Below, piece after piece: positions 11,825-23,700 of a DNA stretch of 64,000 nucleotides; position 1 is the first letter of the stretch; each line of letters opens with the position of its first letter. Origin of the DNA: Laetmonice hystrix (Eukaryota); assembly GCA_965235115.1 (NCBI GenBank), contig OZ249436.1:32366001-32430000 (forward strand), given 5' to 3'. Below the pieces are notes generated by a model, which was not told the DNA's origin, searched no databases, and saw nothing but the letters and a program-made list of their open reading frames with translations. The position numbers and the translations under genes are program-made.

Positions 11825-13657
11825 TGTGCTATGAAATAGTGCAGTCATGAAATATTGCAGTAATGCGTAAAAATGCTGCAATATTTCATGACTGCAATTT
11901 TTCATAGCCATTGGCTATGAAATATTGCAGTCATGAAATATTGCCGCATTGCGCTTTCTTACTGCAATATTTCATGACTGCAATATTTCATAGGCGGCAT
12001 TATTTCATAGCTATAGGCTATGAAATATTGCAGTCCGTGGAATATTGCAGCATTTCATGACTGCAATATTTCATAGGCGGCATTATTCCATAGCTATAGC
12101 TATGAAATATTGCAGTCCGTACAATATTGCAGCATCTCATGACTGCAATATTTCATAGCTATAGCTATGGAATAATGCCGCCTATGAAATATTACAGTCT
12201 TGAAAAAGCCTAGTAGGCTACTGCAATATTCCACGGACTGCAATATTTCATAGCTATAGCTATGGAATAATGCTGCAATATTTCATAGGCGGCATTATTT
12301 CATAGCTATAGGCTAGGAAATATTGCAGTCCGTGGAATATTGCAGCATTTCATGACTGCAATATTTCATAGGCGGCATTATTCCATAGCTATAGCTATGA
12401 AATATTGCAGTCCGTACAATATTGCAGCATCTCATGACTGCAATATTTCATAGCTATAGCTATGGAATAATGCCGCTTATGAAATATTACAGTCTTGAAA
12501 AAGCCTAGTAGGCTACTGCAATATTCCACGGACTGCAATATTTCATAGCTATAGCTATGGAATAATGGCGCCTATGAAATATTGCAGTCTTGAAAAAGCC
12601 TAGTAGGCTACTGCAATATTCCACGGACTGCAATATTTCATAGCTATAGCTATGGAATAATGCTGCAATATTTCATAGGCGGCATTATTTCATAGCTATA
12701 GGCTAGGAAATATTGCAGTCCGTGGAATATTGCAGCATTTCATGACTGCAATATTTCATAGGCGGCATTATTCCATAGCTATAGCTATGAAATATTGCAG
12801 TCCGTACAATATTGCAGCATCTCATGACTGCAATATTTCATAGCTATAGCTATGGAATAATGCCGCTTATGAAATATTACAGTCTTGAAAAAGCCTAGTA
12901 GGCTACTGCAATATTCCACGGACTGCAATATTTCATAGCTATAGCTATGGAATAATGCCGCCTATGAAATATTGCAGTCTTGAAAAAGCCTAGTAGGCTA
13001 CTGCAATATTCCACGGACTGCAATATTTCATAGCTATAGCTATGGAATAATACCGCCTATGAAATATTGCATTCTTGAAAAAGCCTAGTAGGCTACTGCA
13101 ATATTCCACGGACTGCAATATTTCATAGCTATAGCTATGGAATAATGCCGCCTATGAAATATTGCAGTCTTGAAAAAGCCTAGTAGGCTACTGCAATATT
13201 CCACGGACTGCAATATTTCATAGCTACAGGCTATGACATATTGCTGCCTATGAAGTTATTGCAGTCTTGAAAAAGCCTAGTAGGCTACCGCAATATTCCA
13301 CGGACTGCAATATTTCATAGCTATAGCTATGGAATAATGCCGCAGGAGCCTATGAAATATTGCAGTCTTGAAAAAGCCTAGTAGGCTACTGCAATATTCC
13401 ACGGACTGCAATTTTTCATAGCTACAGGCTATGACATATTGCTGCCTATGAAATGATGCAGTGATGCAATACTGCAATATTTCATAGGCAGTAATATTTC
13501 ATAGCCTGTACCTATGAAATATTGCAGGCTATGAAATTTTGCAGTATTGCGTCACTGCAATATTTCATAGGCAGCAATATTTCATTACTACAGGCTATGA
13601 AATATTGCAGTGACGCAATGCTGCAATATTTCATAGGCAACAATATTTCATAGTACA
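11825..13657. repeat. Palindromic satellite array built on ATGAAATATTGCAG in both orientations
   Basis: 95-bp subunits (12981, 13076, 13171) and a 390-bp higher-order repeat (12271 vs 12661). Ends are inverted: TGTGCTATGAAATA ... TATTTCATAGTACA. Confidence 0.9.
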
Positions 13658-14247
13658 AAAAAACAGAGATCGTTCACTTCATTATATCTCTGCCACAGGC
13701 TGGGTACTGCCGTTTGAGTGACCCCTGACCTGACCTAGAAACCCCCGACCGGGCCAGCCGAGCTGGAATCGTGGCTGCTCGATTTTGCTAGGGCACTCTT
13801 GTCGTTTAGCCTACATTTAGGCTACGGCGCAGACTGTGATGCCACATCTTCGGATTAATCGCGCCTCAGGCCGTGCTGTAATCCGATTGGTCTACGGGGT
13901 ACCGTAAAAGGTGGAAAACAGATGGCCCGAGAGGGTGAATCACTGGCAGCGGTTCAACCCCGAGCGGGGGAGGATGTACTAGGCCTACTAGTACTGCCTA
14001 GGCCTACTACCACAGAGTACCTATTCTGTGCTACTACCTACTACTAGGCCTAGGCCAGGCCCAGGAAGGATGAGGCACAACATTACAACAAGCAGGATAG
14101 GCGCCGGGCCTAGTAGAAATCTTATAGGCCTAGGCCTACTCTATAGTCTACTTTTACCTCATCAGATTCTAGGTACAGAATGTATAGTTATAGGTGACAG
14201 AGGAATAAAAGTTGCTTACAGTTTTTCTTCTTGATTAGGCCACAGAC

Positions 14248-14626
14248 CAGGGGCGTAGGAAAAGGGGGGGCCAGGGGGGCCATGGCCCCCCACTTTGAAA
14301 TGAGGGGGGCCAGAGTATCTTTTGGCCCCCCCCCCCACTTTTTCCCTCCCCTTGACTTTTGCCATTGGAAGTGTATGGAAGTCTATGGGGGAGGGTATTT
14401 TCTCATATTTCAGACCTTATTTTGTGCTCTAAGATGCACCAAATGTCACCAAATTACACTATAAATTTCAAAATTTTTCGGGGGGGGGGCATGCCCCGGA
14501 CACCCTAGCATGGCTTCGCGCCTTCGGCGCTCGCCCAGTCCCCCCGCCAAACTGTAATCCCCCTCGAAAAGTCCTGCGCATGGCCCTGTTGGCCCCCCCA
14601 CTTTTAAAGTGCTTCCTACGCCCCTG
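14248..14626. mobile_element. GC-rich MITE with 5-bp TSD
   Basis: CAGGGGCGTAGGAA ... TTCCTACGCCCCTG flanked by CAGAC/CAGAC. Confidence 0.8.
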
Positions 14627-17139
14627 CAGACTGACTCTTTGACTGTATAGCAAACACTTTTAGTTTACCTTCTTGACACCAGGGGTCAGTGCACGTCGCC
14701 CTGGCGGCAAATTATAAAACGGGCAGAGGGTCTGGATAATCGAGACTGGGGACCCTTTGGCTGGCTCAAGGTACCCCACGGCTCAAGGTGCCCCACTACC
14801 AATCAGAAAAAAGGGCAAAATTTTGTTGTTTGCAACTGTAAAAGCAAACATTTTGCTTTCTCAGAATGCAGGAAATTTCAGGAAATGCCATTTCAGAGAC
14901 TCTAGATGTTCAAAATTGTCCAGGGGGCATGCCCCCGGACCCCTACTATAGGGCTTGCCCCTCCTTTAATTCCAACCGCCCCCCCCCCCCCTTTCCAAAA
15001 TCCTGGATCCGCCCCTGCCTACAGTAGACTACGCGCTATCACAAAGACGTCACTGCCTGTATTCATGTTAATTTGGGCCTATGTCCACGGTTTCATTAAG
15101 CCAACTCTCACACACAATAGGCCTACATCATGTAGGCCTATAGGTACTATGACGTAGGCCCCTACACAATATGCCACTTAGGCCTAGACAAAGAAAGGGG
15201 CACTGGGGTGAGAGTGACATGATCACTGTGCTGCGGTTATAGCCATAGACATAGATCTATGGCTTATCTATAGGCACATTGGACTGGTTGTTAATCGCAA
15301 CTAATAGGCCTATGATTGGTTACCCAATTACCAATGTAGCCTATTGGTTGTGACTTTAAAACCAAATTCGGTGTTCGTTAAAACAACCAATTTAGGCTCA
15401 ACCAATGAGATTGGTAGTTTTTTTCAACCAATCAGTTTTTAGAGTGTAGATCGAGAGTCTCGCGTGATGGATTTTAAAAAGATATTTTTATGATATTTTT
15501 TAAACTAGCATATTATAGGCCTAGGCCTAGGCCTAATTTGAGGCATTGATCAAGAGCCTGCCTATATTTAAAAGCCCTACTTGAACCCTAAACATAGGCC
15601 TAGCCTAGGCCTAATGCATCAGCCTATAGGCCTATTTAGCCCCAGGACTATCATTTTGTTAATTTTCATTAATAATTGTGTAAGTAGTCTAAGGAACCAA
15701 GATCCATTCAGCTAACAGACAGGCCTAGGGCTAGGCCTACTAGTCGAGTAGCCGCCCTTACCATTTCTATTAGGGACCTGGAAATCCCATTAAGTACAAG
15801 GTTTGACGATTGAAATGTGTTCCCATGGGCCCTAGGAATATTTTAAACTTTGTTGGCAATGAAACAACTTTGGGGAAAATTTTTAATTAGCTAATTAGCA
15901 TAATTAGCCTGAATTAGCTTAATGAAAAATAACTTTTGAACCAGGAGGCATAGAATCATGAACGAAGACACTTTTCCATACAAGTTCAAACCGAGGAATC
16001 CATTTCCGGCAATATTTCTCAATTCAGAGGTCAAGGTCAAGGTCAAAGGTCAAGTTCAAAGTCATTCTTGTGGAAAATTAACACATTTTGCTTTTTCTCT
16101 GTTATTTCATCTTATTTGGCATAGACTCATGCGTAATGGTATATTGTAGATACAACTTTGATATAGATAAGCTTTTTTTAGACTAAAACTTTTCATCCAA
16201 GGTCAAGGACAAGGTCAAATATGATTTAACATTAAGACATTTAGGGAGGTTGTCATCACACTCGTGCATAATTAGGTCTAGATAAGGCATGATGGCACTT
16301 TTTGACGAAAATTCCACGTGGGCTACAAGCAGAGATGTCAAGCAGCATCCTTAGGAGAGTTTTTAAAAGTCAAGGTGGATCCCTAGAGCCAGAATCCAAT
16401 ATGGCTGCCGTCCACCATCTTGGAAAACAAGGCAGACTCATAGACTGGGAACCGTTTGTCTTAGAAATTAACATGACACATGTTTTTCGACTAAATTGAG
16501 GTCGCTGAACTCATTTCTTACGTCAATTTTTAGAAAGGGACCGTGTTTTATGAAATTTAAGATGGCTGCCGTCCGCCATCTTGGAAAACAAGGCCGACTC
16601 GTAGTTAGGAACGGCGTGCCCATCCTCTCATGACTGCAAAATTAGGAAGGTTCACTGCATTTGGATGCCTGTTGAAAAGGCGTTGTGCTTTTTTCTGGTC
16701 TTTAAATGTCTGCATATATATTCGTCATTAAATCATGGATGTGTTTAGGAATTGTGGAAGATTTAGAAATTGTCCTGTCTGCAATGGAGATTAAAAATAG
16801 GTGAAATGGTCCATTGCATCAGGATCATTTATGTTGTTTGCTGTGAATTGCTCCTGACAAAGGGTGGAAGCCATGCCAGTTGCCTTTTTTAAGTTGCCAA
16901 GTGCTTTGGTTGTTTTCCCCCTATGTTGGGTCCTTCATATTGAATTATTAGGGAGAAGTGGTCACTCCCACAAAGGCTCTGCTCTATTAAGCAGAGATGT
17001 CAAGCGGCATCGTGAGGAACTTAAGTTTCCTAAAAGTCAAGGTGGGTCCCTACATGGCCATGGGAACATCTTGTGTAGAAATTTACAGAAATGTTCCAAA
17101 TGCTCCGAAAAACAGGCCGTGACCATACCAGCTGTGAAA

Positions 17140-17950
17140 CCCTCTCCAAATGTGCCAAGTCTGGGGATTTGGAAGGTCATTCTGAAAGCGAATAATCTTC
17201 ATTCTGAAAGCGAATAATCTTCGAGGTTTTAGAGCCAATTTTTGCCTTTTACCTACATTTCTTACTGCCCAAGACAAGGTCTCGTTCAAGAGAAATCAGG
17301 CTCACTTTGGTTTTACAACAGATGGCGGCCATGCTGCTGACGGTACTGCCATTCTGGTTCGACAAGATATCATCCATAGCCCTGTTACAATAGACACCCC
17401 TTTACAGTCAAGAGCCATTCGCCTAGCTCTGCATAAAGCCATAACTATCTGCTCCATACATTACCCCAAACAGTGTCTTAACCCACCAGGATCTTGATGA
17501 TCTAGTTGGTCAACTGCCATTCCCATATCTTCTTCCAGGAGACTTTAACGGCCACAAAGTGGGGTGGCACCACAACTGATGCCGGTGATGGCAAAGACAA
17601 GTGGATTGAAGAGTTCATTGACAACCACTGGTTCCAACATATATACTTGCATCCCGGTCATGGCACCTATACAGTCATTGACCTGGCAATAGCTGAACCA
17701 GATCTGCTGCTGGAATTTTCCTGGGGGATATGGTATGACCTTTGTGGGAGTGAACACTTCTCCCTAATAATTCAATATGAAGGACCCAACATATAGAGGA
17801 AAAACAACAAAGGTGGCAACTTAAAAAAGGCGGCACGGCTTCCAGACCCTGTGTCGGGAGCAATTCATTTAATGCCCCTTGCAGACAGGACAGTTTCTAA
17901 ATCCTCGACAATTCCTAAACACGTCTTAAATCCATGATTTAATGAATTTT
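17140..17950 (+). pseudogene. Decayed non-LTR retrotransposon (LINE) apurinic endonuclease fragment
   Basis: Frameshifted reading frames give LALHKAITICSI..., QLPFPYLLPGDFNGH, YLHPGHGTYTVIDL and DLCGSEHF. These are APE-domain motifs (GDFN, IDL, SDH-like). Confidence 0.7.
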
Positions 17951-18043
17951 GTGAATATGAAATTCCTTGAGTTTTCCCTGAGAATTCTCTGAGAAATTTC
18001 CAAAATTCCATGAGAAATAGCATAACTGATTATAATGACCTTT

Positions 18044-18292
18044 AAGGCCTGTACCCACTAGCGCGTTTTACCGCTGCGGGCCACGCTGAGCGACAAAACG
18101 CGCTGGTGGGTTCAGGCCTTTAGCTGTTATTGTTGTATTCATCGTGATAAAATTCGGACTCCCACGTAATTCGGAAATGTCCACATATCTCCTGAAGGCG
18201 GTGGTGCTTGCAGTAAGGCCTGAACCTACTAGCGCGTTTTGTCGCTCAGCGTGGACCGCAGCGGTAAAACGCGCTAGTGGGTACAGGCCTTA
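18044..18292. mobile_element. Pair of ~78-bp self-palindromic Harbinger-like minis in inverted orientation
   Basis: AAGGCCTGTACCCACTAGCGCGTTTT...GGTTCAGGCCTT (18044-18120) and its reverse complement (~18215-18292). Confidence 0.7.
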
Positions 18293-19860
18293 AGAGGTAT
18301 ATGCTGCGCACTCTATGAACACTAAAAAGCCACGATACCAATTAATCAATAGACACAACTTCGGACACACTAAAGATGCCCCCGCAAAATTGAATTAACT
18401 GATGAATACATTTCCCATCTGGGTCATTGTCAAATTCCCTGCGTTTTCTCTGATTTTATATGTTTTCACCCAATTCCCTGAGTTTTCCATGACTGGAAAA
18501 TGGAAAATGGAACACCAATTTCAAGTATTTCCCTGATTTCCAGAGTGGCTGGGAAGCCTGGTGGACCTTCCTAATTTTGCAATCATGAGGGGACGGGCAC
18601 GCCGTTCCCAACTATGAGTCGGCCTTGTTTTCCAAGAGGGCGGACGGCAGCCATCTTGAATTTCATAAAACACAGTCCCCCTCGAAAAATTGACGTCAAA
18701 AAGGAGTTTAGCGACCTCAATTTAGTCGAAAAACATGTGTCATATTAATTTCTAAGACAAACGGTTCCCAGGCTTTGAGTCTGCCTTGTTTTCTAAGATG
18801 GTGGACGGCAGCCATCTTGGATTTTGGCTCTAGGGATCCACCTTGACTTTTACAAAACTGTTCTTAGGATGCTGCTTTACATCTCTGCTTAATAGCTCAG
18901 GAGAAATTTTCATCAAAAAGTGCCACCATGCCTATCTAGACCTAATTAAGATCTAATATGAGAAATCCCCTAAATATCTTAGTTCTACATAATTTGACCT
19001 TGTTCTTGACCTCGGATGAAAAGTGTTAGTCTGAAATAGATTACCTATATCAAAGTTGTATCTACAATATACCATTACGGATGAGTCTAGATCTATGCCA
19101 AATAAGATGAAATAACAAAAAAAGTCAAAGTGTGTTAATTTTCCATGAGAATTACTTTGACCTTGACCTTTGACCTTGACCTCTGAATTGAGAAATATTG
19201 TCGGAAATGGATTCCTCGGTTTGAACTTGTATGGAAAAGTGTCTTCGTTTATGATTCTATGCCTCCTGGTTCAAAAGTTATTTTTCATTAAACTAATTCA
19301 GGCTAATTATGCTAATTAGCTAATTAAAAATTTTCCCCAAAGTTGTTTCATTGCCAACAAAGTTCAAAATATTCCTAGGGCCCATGGGAACACATTTCAA
19401 TCATAAAACCTTGTACTAACAGGATTTCCAGGTCCAGTTGGGCGGCAACTCGACTTGCTGAGCCTGAGGGCGGAATTTGGAAAGGGGCCTGCATGAGGTC
19501 CATGACCATCCATGGGAGGATTCTGGCAAAGGGGAGGGGGTTCAACACGGTAATAGGCCTAGCGCCTATAATGAGAAAAAGAACCAGAAAAAATTGACGC
19601 CAAAGTCGCAAGGGGGGGGGGGGGGGGGCGCTGACTCCCATCCTGCTGTCGATATAATCCATCCAGCGCCACGACGCTAGGTGGCGCTGTGACCGGTGTC
19701 TGAGTCTGTTGTGCAGAAGACATTTCACAAACCTTTGAATATCTTATATAAAATACATATACCTGTCCATTGACACATCATGGTCGTCTTCTTCTTAAAT
19801 CCTAACTATTTTAAGGCTATTTCTGGGTAACATAACGCATTCTAAGGAGGAATTCAAGTA

Positions 19861-19961
19861 GTAAACAACCAGTTTCCCCCACAGTACAAGTACGAAACAG
19901 CAGGTGCGCTTGCTAGCTCTATGAACCCGTTTGCAACCAATCAGCTCTTGAGGTTGTTTAT
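19861..19961 (+). promoter_or_regulatory. Putative InR promoter elements (FoxO sites, CCAAT)
   Basis: GTAAACAA at 19861-19868, ACCAATCA at ~19937 and TTGTTTAT at 19954-19961, just upstream of the GC-rich exon 1 region. Confidence 0.35.
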
Positions 19962-20480
19962 GTCTTGTTTTTACGCTCGAGCATCGACAATCGAGTGCAG
20001 GTAACTACCGTTTGTCCCTTCCAGACAAGAGGAGTTTGTATTTGTGCAGTTAACAAATGGAGGAACCTAACAGCCATAACAGTTTCAGTAACAAACGAGG
20101 AATTACCTCGTGCTGAATTTATTTGTGTTATATGGAATTACACGACAGGGCCTGAGAAGGAACAAGCACCGACCAGGGTTCAAAGTGAGAGTGCCCGCGC
20201 CACGCACGAATTTCAACCCAGGCGTGTTCGTTCTGGGAGATCCCCATCAAATTGTTCCGTACACCTGGCAAGTTGTTGGCTTGTTTGTCGCGTGTTTTTA
20301 GAGTTTCACAAGGATTTTACAAGTTGTTTTAAGCCCCGTCTCATGTGCGGTGACGACGGCGATGATGTGCGCGTGTACCATGGAGGTGTTAGATCGTGGC
20401 TCGCACGGCAGGCCGCGGCATGGTGAGCGGCGGCACCGCTCGTCGTGTAACTGACGTGCCACGGCACACGGACGGCCGCC

Positions 20481-20727
20481 ATGGCTGCTCGGCGCCATCG
20501 CACGGGGCCCGAAGCCCTGCTCCGGGCGCGGGCCGCCGGGGCCACCGCCACGGTGGGCCGCCGGGTTGGTCACAGCGGAGTACGGACCAACGCCCCACGT
20601 TGGCGTAATCGGTCAAATAGAAAACAGATTTGGACGATGCGTCTGGTAATTCTGTGGACCTTTCTGATATCTTCCTGCACGGCGTCGGCCTCCACGACGA
20701 TGGAACCGCCTCGTCGAGAAGAGCACG
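20481..20727 (+). CDS. InR: InR exon 1 (signal peptide; ATG at 20481 or 20637)
   Basis: [18 protein letters not shown] hydrophobic signal from 20637. Donor G|GTGAG at 20728; phase 1 matches exon 2. Confidence 0.8.
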
Positions 20728-23700
20728 GTGAGTTTAGCAGGCCTAACGTTACATGTTGTGATTATCGAAGGGTAGGTAATAAGGTGAATAGTAGTACTAG
20801 TACTACTGCTTGTGCATCGTTTGTTGTGTGACATAAAGTCAACAGCTATGTCTATGAATGACCTGCGAAGTGCAGGTATTTTCAGTCGGTGGTGTGAGCA
20901 TTCACATCAGTTTGACACATATTATGTAACAATTGTTACATCATCAGAAAGCGTGGGCCATAGTTTGAGTGTTTTTCTTAGGCTTTTATCAGGGGGGGGG
21001 GGCAAATCCATTTTGGAAATGGGAGGGGGTCCCAGGGATAAAAGAGGGTCGAACTTGCAACTTGGTGAATTCAGAAAGCTCCGGCCGCTGCGAAAACAGC
21101 AATCTTTAATATACCAGTATTACATTACAATGTAAAAGTAAAGAATCGAAAGAAAAGATAGAGGAATTGGTTTAGAGAAAAGGAGGGAGGGGTCTACAAC
21201 TTTCTTTGGGATATATTTGAATATATTGAAGGTCTTACCCTATAATTTTCTTTTGTGTGTTGTACCCTCAAATACAATTCTTATACCCATCTGCATGTTT
21301 TTATTGGTAGGAAACTCCTCTTACACATGACCCTTTGGTGACCTTTCAGATTCACTGCAAGGTCAAACATTCTTCAATGTGCTATTTCTAAAATCATACC
21401 ATATCACCTGACACAACCTTGCCTGATCCCTTTCCCATTCCCATCACACAACAACCTTGCCTGATCCCTTTCCCATTCCCATCACACGACAACCTTGCCT
21501 GATCCCTTTCCCATTCCCATCACACAACAACCTTGCCTGATCCCTTTCCCATTCCCATCACACAACAACCTTGCCTGATCCCTTTCCCATTCCCATCACA
21601 CAACAACCTTGCCTGATCCCTTTCCCATTCCCATCACACAACAACCTTGCCTGATCCCTTTCCTATTCCCATCACACAACAACCTATCCCTTTCCCATTC
21701 CCATCACACAACAACTTTGCCTGATCCCTTTCCCATTCCCATCACACAACAACCTTGCCTGATCCCTTGATCCCATTCCCATCACACGACAACCTTGCCT
21801 GATCCCTTTCCCATTCCCATCACACAACAACCTATCCCTTTCCCATTCCCATCACACAACAACCTGTCTCTCCTACAATCGCATCACATCGCAGGGTGCA
21901 ACCTTTCCTGACTCATTCTCGCTACTGTCACATCATATTCAAGCATCAAAATTAGCGAGAGCCCGGGGCTCCCAAATTCATTCCTGGGCTCTCAAAACTC
22001 TCCCAGACAGGAGCCCGGTGCGCCCCTGGATTTTTGGGGTTATCTTTAAAAGAAAACCCTGATAACTAGAATTATTTTAAAAACACCACAGTCTCCAAGC
22101 AGCAAAATAACCTGTTTCGCATTGCAAATTGCTATACAACTGATGCATTTTGCTAATCATTTTCCAAAATGTTCAGTATAATTTAGTACTATCTGCGAAT
22201 CAAACTTTTATTTTGCTAGTCAAATTTTCTGGATTGTTTTGCACCTTGGTCTCAGACATGAGAATCTTCCACCAAATGGGCAGTCTCTGACATTTTGGTC
22301 ATTCTTTCGATTGATGCAAATTTGTTGAGAATAGCAGCTAAGTAAGTATATGGGGGGGGGGAGGGGGTGGATGTATATCGTCCAGGCAGTGTGGGTTTAC
22401 ATACTGTTCCGAAATTTCACATTTTCACGTTTGTTTAAATATTCTAGTCATTGGCACAGCCTTACCTGGTCTGCTGCATGCCCCCCCCCCCCCCAAAGAA
22501 TCGCATCGCATCATATCACACCTTACAACCTTCCTTGATCTACTACATGTAGCACACACGACAACCTGACAACCTCCCCCCCAGCCCCCCACCCCCACGC
22601 CCCATGATCACTCTCACACCATATCACACCTTCAGGGTTTCCGCCAGAAATTAATTAATGGCGGGGACGGGCGAGCCCGGAACTGGGGGGGGGGGTCTGG
22701 GTCAGAATTTTTTTTTTCATGAACTCCGGGGATGCGTTTTCCTGGCCTCTCAGAGCGAGAATAGCTTTAAAAAAAACACTGCTCTGCAGATTTATGGGGG
22801 GGATATCCCCCCCATGTCCCAATCATGGGGGGGATAAATCCCCCCCGTCCCCCCCTCTGGCGGATGCCCTGACCTTGTGGGGTTTCCTTTCAAGCCTGTT
22901 TTGGGGAGACCAAAAAACCAGTCCCCCCCCCCCCCTTGAAAGAAATGTTTCTGGCTGAGGAATCCCCTCTCACACCATGACACAAAATAGTTTTAAGATG
23001 ATTGGTATTGTTTGCTTAGCAACTCGAGAAATGAGTGCAATTTAATAACAGGCATAGTTGTACCATAGTAAGGAGCATGATTTTTGTTTCGCAAAAATTG
23101 TGACTCCTTTATCATATGAGTCACCAAATCAATGCTCCAATTCTTTAGTAACTTTCAATGTAAACAAGTTATTTTCCACCTTAGGTCACAAAATACAACC
23201 TTCCATGATTTCTCTCCCCACCCCCACCATATCACGAAGCCCAGGTCTTAAATTCCAAATATTTGCATTATGTAGCTAGTAATTTAGGATAAGACATCTA
23301 GCTGCCATGCTAGTGGTGACTTTATTTTCCAAGATGAGTCTTGCTGGTACAAGTCATGCATGTGTGACCACTCCCAGTCACATTGTAACTACCACATGTT
23401 GCATGCATGCATCATGCTATGTTCAAATCAATATTAGTAGCTCAGGCTCACTGCACAAATGGCATGAAAGGTGGTCAGGTGCACATTCCCAACCGACATG
23501 TCTGACCTATTTAGCCAGTTGGTACATCATGTGGTTATAAACAGTACATGCAATTCTTTCCAAAGTTTGAAGTGAAGGAAACGCTCAGTGAATGGATTTT
23601 AGGACCTTTGTACTTAGGCTTTTGACCTAGTGTCTATGCAGGGTCAGCTTGACCCAGTTAGGAACCAAATGGGTGCTGGCAGCAGATCATAATTAATGAG

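Larger units (their letters stand above)
15742..19455. mobile_element. Foldback-type element with ~0.9-kb inverted arms
   Basis: The left arm (~15742-16655) is the reverse complement of the right arm (~18560-19455), e.g. CCCATGGGCCCTAGGAATATTTTAAACTTTGTTGGCAATG vs CATTGCCAACAAAGTTCAAAATATTCCTAGGGCCCATGGG. Confidence 0.85.

Noticed and set aside
21413..21865. Regular repeat arrays (also 39225-40035) resembling CRISPR
   Set aside because: No unique spacers, eukaryotic intron context and no cas genes; these are ordinary minisatellites.
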